The notes under the pieces: model-generated
What the model was told of the DNA's origin: nothing
Database searches by the model: none
Seen by the model: the letters and a program-made list of their open reading frames with translations, nothing else
Program-made: the position numbers and the translations under genes
Assembly: GCA_964016885.1 (NCBI GenBank)
Contig: OZ024740.1
Location: 439,580,001 to 439,644,000 of the forward strand
Length of the DNA stretch: 64,000 nucleotides
Direction: 5' to 3'
DNA from: Eledone cirrhosa
Taxonomy: Eukaryota
Shown: positions 1-10,879 of the stretch, piece by piece
Layout of the letters: every line of letters begins with the position of its first letter
How positions within the stretch are numbered: position 1 is the first letter of the stretch

Positions 1-3000
1 TTGGTAAGCCAGTTAATACAGCACATTGATTATAAATTTAAAAAAAAAACAGTATACATATATACACATGTGCATATGTAAATACAAGGAGGGATATCAA
101 TCTTACAGAGATAGTGCTCTTCTCAATACGTGTGCAGTACCAGTCAAAACAATTTTTTGCCCCTCGCAAATATTGTTCTGTTCCTTTCTTGATCATACCC
201 AGACCTCCCACAATCACTGGTATTGTAACGGCCTTGAGGTGCCACATTTTCTCAATTTCAATAAGCAGATCTTTATATTTTCGTAGCTTGTCAAATTCTT
301 TTGCCGCGATATTGTGATCACATGGGATGCTCATATCTATCAACAAACAGACCTTGTTATGTTGATCATTTACAATGATGTCAGGTCTATTTGCTTTTAT
401 GGTCCTGTCAGTATGTACAGGAAAGTCCCAGAGAATTGTTACTTTTTCTCCTTCAGTTACACCCTCAGGGTGATGATTGTACCACTTGTCTTCAGCTTTG
501 ATTTTGTAACGCCGACATATTACCCAGTGTAGATAATGGCCAACTCTGTCATGTCTATATTTGTATTCTACTGGTGCTAAAACTTTACATCCAGAGACTA
601 AGTGATCCACTGTTTCAATCCCAGCATTGCAGAATCGGCACTTTGGGTTTATTCCATCACATTGACCTGGTAATTACGAGTCAATAAGCTTTGATCTTGG
701 GCAGCTAAGATGAAGCCTTCACTCGCCGTCTTTAGCCCTGAACTACGTAGCCACTGATGGGTGTGCTTTTGGTCAACATCAGCTTGTTTGCTATGGGCCA
801 CATATTTGCCATGCAGAGGTTTCTGCTCCCAATTTGATGCTAATTGTCCTTGCCCTTTTGCTTTTGCCGGTGATTTTAGGTGCATAGCAGCATCAGTTAC
901 AGCAGTTTCTTTAGTCTGTCCAACCTGGGTATCAAGCATGAGATCAGTAGCATATTTTTTGCTCTCCTTCAAGATAGAATGAAGCTTCTTACTTCTCTCA
1001 TGCTTTTCAACAGTCGTTAGTTGTTTCAAGTTATTTGGCCAGTCCAATGATGGTGGTCTTGTAAGCAAGTTCAAATTGGATCAGGCCACGGCTTCCTTGA
1101 GTTCTAGGAAGGTAAAGACGATCCACATCTGCTTTTGGGTGGTGCATCCTATTACAGGTCAGTAGCTTACGGACTTTGGTGTCGATTCTTTTGATTTCAC
1201 TCATATTCCAGTTCAACACACCGAAGCTATAAGTGACAACTGGGATTGCCAAGGAATTTATGGCTAGCACCTTGTTACGAGCGTTTAGTTCTGATCTCAG
1301 AACTGCACGTACTCTCCTGTAACATTCTTTCCTTATCCTCTCTTTCATATTTGCATGCTGTATGCCAGATCCCACATTAATCCCTAAGTATTTATAGGTT
1401 TGTTCCTGCTGAAGTTCCTTTATGATTGTTTCAGCATCCAATTCAACTGAGTCTGAGTTGACAAGCTTCCCCTTCTTGAAAGTGGCTTTTGCACACTTGT
1501 CAAGTCTAAACTCCATCCTGATGTCATCGCTAAATGTTTTTACTGTCCGCAAAAGACCTCCAATTCGTCATTATCTTTGCAATATAGCTTCAAATCATCC
1601 ATATAAAATAGGTGGCTTATTTTTTTGTTGTCAATTCTATAACCGTACCCTGTTCTATTAAGTTCGGATGTAAGGGGTATTAAAGCTATGCAGAAAAGCT
1701 AGGGTGAAAGTGAGTCACTTTGGAATATTCCACAGTTGATGTTTATATTCCTAGAGCACAGTACCCCAGTGGAATGAGACAATTGGAGATTTGTGTTCCA
1801 TAATGGCATATTGTGTTTCAGGAAATTTGAGATCACAGATGAGATTTTGAAGATGTCTAGTGATTTCAGAATCCATGAGTGTGGTATGCTGTCAAAGGCT
1901 TTTTTATAATCAATCCATGCAGAACTGAGATTTCTGTGTTCATTATGACAGTTCTCAAGGATCATACGATTAATCAAAAGTTGATCTTTGCAAACATATG
2001 AACCTCGTCGGCACCCTTTTTGTTCAATGGGGAAAAGATTGTTCTCCTCCAAAAACACGTATGCTTTTTCCATGAGAATAGAGGTTAATAGTTTATAAGT
2101 GGTGGACAAGCAGGTTATGGGCCGATAGCTTTTTGGATCTTTGGTTTCGTTGTTCTTTGGTAGAAGGTAGGTAATGCCACTTGCTATCCAATTAGGTGTA
2201 TTTTTTTGATCTTTCATAATTCCATTAAACAGCTTGACCAATATATTGTGATTGCACGGGAGTGAGGAAAGCCAGAAATGTGGCACCCTATCTCTACCAG
2301 GAGATTTCCATTTATGAGATTTATTGAGTGCTGTCCTTAAGTCCGCTATAGAGATGTCTTCCCACGCCTGTTCTTCTAAATTTGTGTAGGATTTTTCCAG
2401 GCGACTAATCCAATCTACATTAGTATTATATGTCTTGTCATCACTCCAAATCTTACTCCAGAAGTGTTCAACTTCTTCTATGGACGGGTTCTTCAATAAT
2501 TATTTTTTTCTTCCCTACTTCTCTATAAAATGACTTGGCATTGGATGAGAACAACTTATTTTGCCTGTAGAAGTTGTTTCGCTTCTTGAATCTACGAAGT
2601 CGTGAGGCTTTTACTTGGACTTTTTGTTTCAGAGATTCTTTTGTTGAAACTATTGCTTCTCTAGAAGTCAGTCCATATTTTCTCTTTAGCTTTCTTACCT
2701 TCTTGGATCTTATATCATTTCCAGCGGTTAACTCACTCAATAAAGATATTTCTCCTCTCATTACGTCAATCTCCTTTTCGATTCTACTCCTCCAAATTGG
2801 TTTACCTCGAAGGTTTGACTTTTTTTGTTTTTTGGTGGTAAACAACTTGTTTCAATTACTCTAGCAGGTGCATAAATGATTTCATTTAACTCAGTAAGAT
2901 CAGGTTCTAGTTCTTCTATGATTTCGTTTGTTACAGAATTACTAATCAGTATTTGTTTTATATTTTGGATTGTATTTGGGAATTTTTGAAGTGGTTCTCT

Positions 3001-3830
3001 ATCATTTATACTAGAATGTCTTACTACTGCAAGCTCCTTCAGTATTTTTTGCTTTTATTCCTTCATAGTCTCCCTGTGTTCTTCAGCAGATGTTTGGTTT
3101 TCAATTACTGTTTCTAAGTCCTTCTCGTGGCTATTTTCAGCGGGTTCAATAGGGCTTCTCATTTCTACAAACCTATTTGTGATTTGGTCAGATGGAGGTC
3201 TTTCAGTAAAGACTTGTGACTGGTTACTATCTCCAGGAGATTCTTCAGTTCTTTCATCATTTATATTTATGTCATTCTCCACAGCCTGCTTGATCGCAGT
3301 TAGTTCAGTGTCTGTGAGTCTATTATTTCTGAAGATATACCTCCTTACATTTGCCAACTTATTTCCATCCATATCACGTCTGCTAGCTTGATTCCGAGTT
3401 TTCCAGATTTTGTAGGAGTTTAAAGTGTGTCTGTCTTGTGATGGCTTACCTAATGCATAGTAATATGCATATATTACTTCTTTATACTCTTCTCAGGTCC
3501 ATTTCATCCTTTTAGGTTTTTCTTTTTGAGGTGGTTTGGGTGGTGGATCTGGAGGGTTCGAGTTGGGGTAATCCCCGATCAATTGACCATACAGGTCCAT
3601 AATTGGAGAAGAGTTTGTGCCAGAGGAGGACTTTTCGATCTCAGGTTGGCACCTTGCTAAGGGACGCGCTTCCTGATTAACAATAGGAAAAGCGATTTGG
3701 TATTGTGTATTAATTTTTATTTGTTCATCTCGCAGTACATGCTTGCGTTACGCATGGTATTGGACGTGCATGAAAAGTTGCCCGGGCTTTGGGTAGTGCA
3801 TTTGCTGGCTGACACTGAGATCATTATTAC
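1..3830 (-). mobile_element. R4/Dong-like non-LTR retrotransposon, family Dong-1, decayed (RT + restriction-like endonuclease)
   Basis: ORF fragments 3055-3372, 2468-2845, 1699-2496 ([36 protein letters not shown]), 1031-1552, 649-1074 and 38-610 (RHD, NRPDI..IDMS RLE motif). True stop near 103-105. 5' boundary uncertain. Confidence 0.85.
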
Positions 3831-4546
3831 TATTATAACAGTATAGTTATTGTCATTGCTGTTGTTGATTGAGGTGATATTGTTATGATTGCAGCTGTAA
3901 GAGGTGTACGAGAATTGTGTCAACTGTTCTTGTGGTGTGAGTGGTGTTGGTGGTGGTGGTGTCAGGAAGATTAATGCTGGGGTGGGGGTGCTGAAGTGGT
4001 AGTGGGTAGAGTGACATTGTAGCTTATAGGAGTTGTTTCTCCGATGTTATTTTCTGTCTATTTTGAGTTTGAGGTGTAAATGGGGTGCTAGTATTCTTTT
4101 TTATTCTTCCCCTTTGTTTTGTCCTTTATGTGGACTCCATACACATACATAAATATACATTCACACGTGGATACTTATACACACGTATATATATACCCAC
4201 ACATTAGACACTGAGAAGGGAGGTACGTAGCAGTCAGTGACAGTAATCTAAAAATAGAGGATTTACTGGTGTGAATGTGTGAGGAAGTGGTTGTGAATGT
4301 GGTGGTGGGAGAGAGAAGTGATCTTTCAACTGTCCATTTTACTTTCAAATTCTGAAATTTATCCACAATCGACCAAAATGTAAAAAAAGAAAATTGTATT
4401 GGGGAAATATTTAAAAATATATATGCACCTTTCACATCTTCAGCCTCAGAGTTGATTGCATAGTAATTAGTCGGATTTTTTATTAAACAGATCTTATCCC
4501 TCGAAATAAAAAGTGTTTTCCCATCTATGTCTGTTTCTCTTCTTCA

Positions 4547-4682
4547 AATAATTGTTTCTACTTTTGGCACAAGGCCAGCAAATATCCAGTGCATTACTGG
4601 TACTTTGAACTCATACCATAAAGGGCCGTAAGTCTTTGCTGCAAAGCATGGCGTCTGACCCTCTACCGATACTGCCAATCCA
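4547..4682 (-). mobile_element. tRNA-derived SINE, internally deleted copy
   Basis: Reverse complement matches the head (TGGCAGTATCGGTAGAGGGTCAGACGCC) and tail (GCTGGCCTTGTGCCAAAAGTAGAAAC) of the copies at 50008 and 56014; the middle is missing. Confidence 0.8.
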
Positions 4683-5300
4683 AATAATATGTAAACAGCG
4701 ATTGTAATGAGTAAATATATAAAAATATTTATGCAGTTCTCACAACTAGTGTCAGATTATTTGTAGAGATAAGTGGTGAAATAATTTGTCGAGTTTTCGT
4801 GTTAGGGAATACCAAATTAAACAAAACTTACTCCTCGAAATAACCAACGTGTGTCGTCCGATCTACAACTGTTTCTCTTCTTCAAATAGTTTTTTCTTTA
4901 AGTTCAAAGAGCGAACGTCTGTATACCCGCATGTTTGTTTTGTGTACATTTTTCGTTGTGTTTATAATACATGTATATGTAATATAATCAATAGAGTTTG
5001 TTACTTACATATATCGTTTTTCTTTTTGTTTTGATATACAATGCTGAGTAGAGGTGCGGCTGATATTCAGTTTCTTTATTTACACATGTGGTCCGTTATT
5101 TTAATGAAGAAAATTATGTTATAAGGACGATCCGTGTACAAAATTTATTTTTTGTAGGCTTCTTTGGTATTCGTCTATTATGTATCCACTTCGTTTTCTT
5201 TGTGTTTTTCTCATTGTTTTGTCGATGGTGTACAATTTATTTCAAATCTTGTAGGGAGCATCGTTATGGGCGTCCATGATGTTATTGAGGCCGCTCTTAA

Positions 5301-5349
<49 letters not shown>
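5301..5349. repeat. (ATT)n microsatellite
   Basis: Pure ATT triplet run. Confidence 0.97.
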
Positions 5350-5352
<3 letters not shown>

Positions 5353-5540
5353 GGCTTTCTCCACGAATGTCCCTCGGAAGTCTCCCCCGTATTGGACAAT
5401 TTTTCAGTGTTATTTTTTTTGTTACATCCTCTGTTTTAGTTTTTTACACGCAGAAATGCCCATTTGTACCGTCCTGTATTGTCCTGTACTGTCCTTAATG
5501 TCTACTTTATGTAAAACCTTGTGGTTAATAAAGAAAGCAC
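5349..5540 (+). mobile_element. Tx1-like LINE family A, 3' UTR-only fragment (extreme 5' truncation)
   Basis: Near-identical to 26460-26640; flanked on both sides by (ATT)n. Confidence 0.88.

Positions 5541-5595
<55 letters not shown>
5541..5595. repeat. (ATT)n microsatellite / LINE tail
   Basis: Pure triplet run. Confidence 0.97.
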
Positions 5596-5788
5596 GGGGA
5601 CCTACGTAGTAAATCGTATCATCGTATTTTTAGTTGTTCAAAATTGCCATTCATGGAAAATTTTATTGTTAACTGTATATAAGTGCACATACATTGTTAT
5701 CTGAAAAGGACACCCAAAAAGATTGGGGCCTTGAGCCCAGAATTTAAACTTTTATAATTATCAAACAAAAATTTTTCTTTGAAACATC

Positions 5789-7738
5789 ATGGCTGACTCA
5801 GTGTCACTCCTTTCTCACAAACTAACACCTCACACCGACACCACCATTGTAAATATTACTACGTTTGCCAACACTAAAAAAAATATAAGCAGTAGCAATA
5901 TTTTTAATTTGTCTCAGGCAGACATTCATTTCCCGCCATTACCAATGACTGCAGGTGTTAAAGCCGACACCACAACTACCACCGCGACAACCCCCCCCCC
6001 CCCTCACCACCACCGCGACAGCAGAAACAAAAGAAAAAAATAAATTAACTCGTGATATCGAAATTAATTCAACCAAAATGAACTCTTCCACAGCGACAAC
6101 CACTGACGCCACCACCACCACAACTGAAACTAAAATTAATAATAACAAAAATAACGATAAAAACAACAACAAAAATTACATTAAGAAAACCACCCTGAGT
6201 TTTGCTAGAGTAGCAAAACAGTGCGAAGCATTTCAGGAACTCAGGAGGAATTAGAAGAACCCCCCAAAATGGTAAAGAAAGATGGGTACAGGGTCAGCCT
6301 CACCCCACCCACCACCCACCTAATAAAATGGAGCATCGGCGCCTATGCACCGTGTCTTATCGAACAATTAATATAAAATCGCGCCGAGTGGAACGGGCAT
6401 CCGAGTCCCAAATCCAAAAAGCTTTGGGACATGTGTGGGCAAAAAAAAACCCACATCAGACGTGGGCAGAAGTATGAAACCGTGGACGTGTTCTTTGAAA
6501 CACCACAGGAAGCTAGAGAACACTCCATGGCCCCATTAAGAAGTGACGACTTCACACTCGTCCCAAACTATTGTGACCAGAGACTCGTAAAGATCGGGGT
6601 CACCCACGTTCCACCGGCCATCGAAATTCCCCGGCTAATAGCTGCCGTCCTCGCCGGCATCGAAGCCAACACCAAGATAATCGAAATAGCGAAAGAAAAG
6701 CAGGAGAACTGGTCCGGATCTGGGATGGAGCTCCTGATCCAAGCGGACCAAAAAAGCATTGAGGAGATCCCAGAGGTAATAGACCTCACTGACGGCAGCC
6801 ACCTCACCGTAATTGTCGAGGGCAGAAGGCCTAGGTGTGTCGTTTGTGGTGAAGGAACCCACCTAAGGGCTTTCTGCCCTCAGGCTAAAAGGTTGAGGCC
6901 ACCTCTCCTACCCACCCCAGTGACTCAACCATCAACACCACCAGCAGCAGAGATGGCAGCAACAACAGAAGCAACTGTAACAGCAACAACCCCAGCAACA
7001 GTAGCAAAACCAACACCACCACCACCCAACGCGCCAGAACTAGCACCAGCGCCTACACCATCCACCACGCCACAACCAAAACCAACGCCTGGGGAGTATT
7101 TTCCACTCCCCGGCCTATCACAACTGGAGACAGATTGTGACGACGAGGAGTGGGAAACGGTATCAGGAAAAAAGAAAAAAAGAAAGCAAAAATGAAAAAA
7201 TTCCCTTCCTTCCCCCTCCAAAAACAAAATACAGAGGGAAACAAATAAACTATTAAACAAAAAAGTTAGGACAGACATGCCACCATCTACACCAGCATCA
7301 CCAACCCCATCATCCCAAACACCAACACCATCACCATCATTAACCCCAACACCACCATCACCTACACCACAAAAGTTACCAAAATACGTAACAGAAACAA
7401 ACCCACAACAAACGCAAACAAAACAAAACAACCAAAACGATACCAACTACACAGCATTAAATTTGAACAACAACCAATTATTACACTACATCCAACACAA
7501 CACCAGCATCACAGAAAGAGACTACACAACAACCCAAAAGTTCACACCACCTCCACACATACAAATCACTCGCATCACACAGAAAACGTACATGACACTA
7601 AAACAAAAATTCACCAAAGACATCGGAGACTTCCGACAAGCACTCTCCAGGAGGATTTATAAGGACATCCTTCCTGAAGAGGCCACAAGCAGTGAAAAGG
7701 ATGGAGAAAACGTCCTTCCTCTACGAGAAGTAAGGTAA
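5789..7738 (+). pseudogene. ORF1 (gag-like nucleic-acid-binding protein, CCHC knuckle), frameshifted
   Basis: Fragments 5789-6043, 6431-7195 (CVVCGEGTHLRAFC = CX2CX4HX4C) and 7277-7738. Confidence 0.8.
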
Positions 7739-7772
7739 GTGGTCTTTCCCATCTTTTCCACTCCATTTCAAC

Positions 7773-10610
7773 ATGACCTCACTCAGAATAGGCAGCATAA
7801 ATGCGCGTGGCTTGGGGGTCGTCATGGAAGCAGGGCCACCTTCTCAACGACCTCAGGTCACTAAACATAGATGTAGTGGCCATCAGCGAGACCAGAATCT
7901 CCGAAGTACGGGCCTTCGCACCGATCTTCGGCGGCTACGATGTGTACGCATCTCCCAGCCGTCCGGGATCGGGGGAGGAGTTGCTGTGCTTTTTCGGAGA
8001 GGTTTGGATCTTGCCATACGGGCCATCTTCCTGGACCCAGAAGGTAAGTTGGTGGTGCTGGACGTGACCAGCGGAGACGGGCAAGCTTTCAGGTTAGTGG
8101 CCGTCTATGCCCCGACAGGAGCAGGGCGGCCTGATTTCTTCTGGCGACTGGAGACCTTTTTTGGAACGTCCGACTCTTTAGTGTTAGTGGGCGACTGGAA
8201 CGGGATCTTAGATGCACGTTGGGACTGTGTGAGATTAGCAGATAGGGGAGGAGGGTGCAAGAGTCTCACCAACCTGCTCAAGCGTTTTGAACTGTCTGAC
8301 AGGTACCGATTCGATTTCCCGAATGTGCCAATGTGGACTTGGACAAATCGCATAGGGTCATCCAGATCATATCTAGATAGAGTATTTTGTAGGGAAATAG
8401 ATAGGTCTAGCATAGGCTGTCCACAATTCAAGATGGTCAGCTACACGGACCACAAATTCGTGATCTGTGTGCTTGATTTAGATAGGCTTCATAGACAAGG
8501 ACCCGGCGACTGGAAGCTAAACGCGTCCTTACCAGCGTGCAAGGCCTACAGAGATCGTATTAGCGAACTAGTTAAGCGGGCGTTGATGGGGGCCATCGTC
8601 AACAACAAGTGATGGTTTGCACTGAAAAGAGCAATTAGAGTAGAGTCCATTAGGTTTAGTAAGGCTTTAGCAATAGAGAAAAATAGAGCAGAGGGAGAAT
8701 TAGTTAGAAAATTAGACGAAGCGCTTAGCAAAGGCTTCGCGACCGACGTACTTGCGGCGAAATTGGCCCTTGACCAATTCTTCAATGCAGGGCACGAAGG
8801 CTACGTTGTCAGAGCTAGGGTGCGTGCTCTCAGACACGAAGGGACTAAAGCCGTTCAATGGGCCCGAGTGGCGGAGGCGCGTCGTGGCAACAAAGCCACG
8901 ATCCGGTCTTTGGTGGACCACGACGGGCGCATGCTACTCGATCCCGGGCAAATGTGTGAAGCTTTTCAGCGACACTTCGCTCAGCTGTTCTGGGGAAGCG
9001 GCGAGCCGGATCGAGGGATGGAATTTAGTGTCTACCTCGACGGACTGCCGCGGCTCTCAGCCACTGAGGCGAAGTGTTGCGAAAAGCCGATAATAGCCGC
9101 TGAAGTACGGGAGGCAAAGATTAGCTGCACAAAGGGTAAATCGCCAGGTTTGGATGGTCTGCCCTATGAACTTTACATACAGATGCCAGACTTGTTCGGA
9201 GGCCTCTTGGCGTACGTCTACTCCAACTGGCAACAGACCGGGAGAATTCCCAGCTCTGTGAGCCGAGGAGGTGTGGCGTTGCTGAGAAAGGATCCGAACA
9301 AGAGGATAACATAGATAATTTTAGGCCCATAACTCTGCTAAACACAGAGTTCAAGATTTTGGCCAAGGTGCTAGAAAAGAGGTTGGCGCTTGTCGTTGGT
9401 GGTCTGGTGGGAGAGGCGCAGACATGCGCCATTCCCGACAGATCCATCCACGACAACCTCCAACTCATGCGATACATCGTAGAGAGGGTAGCTAGGGAAC
9501 CTGGCACGGGTGGGACTTTGATCAATTTAGATCAGTCGAAATCTTTCGATAGGGTCGAACATCTTTACCTAGCGGCAGTCCTGAGGGCGGCTGGTTTGGG
9601 CCCGTCTTCAGAGGCTGGATCGCTGCCATGCACAGCGATATCTGCTCGGTGGTGAGAGTGAACGGTCACCTTTCGGAACCGTTCAACATCATGCGCTCGG
9701 TCCGCCAAGGATGTCCTCTTTCGTCCCTCTTGTACGTATTGACTCTCCAGCCGTTACTGCACAAACTGGAGACGTTGAGGGCGGTCCCGCGCGAACTAGG
9801 ATGCGGAAGATCCGTATCAGCATATGCGGACGATGTCACCGTAGTGGTGTCGAACGCCAATCACATGGAGGCGATCGGCACTACACTAAGAGAATACGAA
9901 GCGGTGACAGGAGCAATGATCAAACAGCAAAGGTCAGTGCGCCTGCAGCTCGGCACCTGGAGAGGCAGGTCCATGCCGTCCAACAGCGTCGTCGGGCGCT
10001 TGACGGATGGACCAGTTAAATTGCTCGGGGTCTGGTTCGGTCCGGATCTCCAGACGGACAAAAACTGGGACGAGGTGACGAGCAGGGTGGCTTTTCTCAC
10101 CCAAAAATGGGCCGAGAGGAAGCTATCCTTGAAAGGTCGAGAGGCTAACGCGTATATCGCGTCCGTCATCTACTACCGCCTGACCGTCGTACCTTGTACT
10201 AAGCCCTGCCTGACTGCGCTGGAGCGTTTGCTCTTTCGCTTTTTGTGGAAGGGACGCCCTCCGATGGTCAGGCGTTCCATCTGATGTCAACACCCGCTAC
10301 GTGGAGGTCTGGGAATGCCGTGGCTGATGATGCGCAGACACGCGCTCAGGCTACGACATCTCCACCTCTTCCTCGACAGAGATCAGGTGTGGTCTCCGTT
10401 TGCTAGACGCGTCTTTCCCCAGCTCGTCTCCTTGACGGAGGTGCAGTCCTGGGTCAAGCGAAGACAGAGAGGGAGCGCTTGGAGACTGGAATGTCTTCAG
10501 GCGCTCACAGATAGAAAGTGAAGTGCTCTCTTCCCAGCATTTTGTTGAAAGATGGGTGAGAGACGCAAGAATGGCCCGAGTGAATGGGCCTACTCTGAGT
10601 ATGTCTGTAA
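7773..10610 (+). pseudogene. ORF2 APE endonuclease + reverse transcriptase, disrupted
   Basis: SINARG, GDWN, SYLDRV and TDH (APE); SPGLDG, RQGCPLS and YADD (RT); several frameshifts and stops; C-terminal zinc finger deleted. Confidence 0.9.
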
Positions 10611-10860
10611 ATTATAGGTGGAAAACTGGGAGAGGGCACTTGCCTTGGTGGTCAGGCTCACTGTGGCTTTTTAATGGGCTTTCTCCACAAATGTCCCTCG
10701 GAAGTCTCCCCCCTATTGGAGAATTTTTTCATTGTTCTATTATTACATCCGCTGTTTCTTGTTTTTTACACGCAGAGATGCCCATTTGTACCGACCTGTA
10801 TTGTCCTGCACTGTCCTTAATGTCTACGTTATGTAAACCCTTGTGGTTAATAAAGAAATC

Positions 10861-10879
10861 ATTATTATTATTACTATTA
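10861..10879. repeat. (ATT)n tract shared by a Tx1 3' end and a Dong 3' end
   Basis: Tail-to-tail junction. Confidence 0.9.

Larger units (their letters stand above)
5596..10860 (+). mobile_element. L1/Tx1-like LINE, family A copy 1 (intact 5' end, internal 3' deletion near 10510)
   Basis: ORF1 + ORF2 (APE-RT), AATAAA followed by (ATT)n; colinear with 20740-26640. Confidence 0.92.

Noticed and set aside
5164-5704. Poly-Leu, poly-Asn and poly-Ile ORFs (also 19822-20107, 20304-20600, 61656-61871)
   Set aside because: Translation artefacts of the microsatellites.
8038-8052. Second GGTAAGT donor-like motif inside the APE domain
   Set aside because: Explained by (E/D)-G-K-L coding and not retained in B (GGTAAGC) or E (GGGAAGC).
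8105-8431. Recurrent antisense ORFs (108 aa at 8105/23310/29336; 102 aa at 24423/30448/47589/53785; 169 aa at 24873/30898)
   Set aside because: They are shadows of conserved GC-rich ORF2 sequence in paralogues, with non-ATG starts and no recognisable domain.
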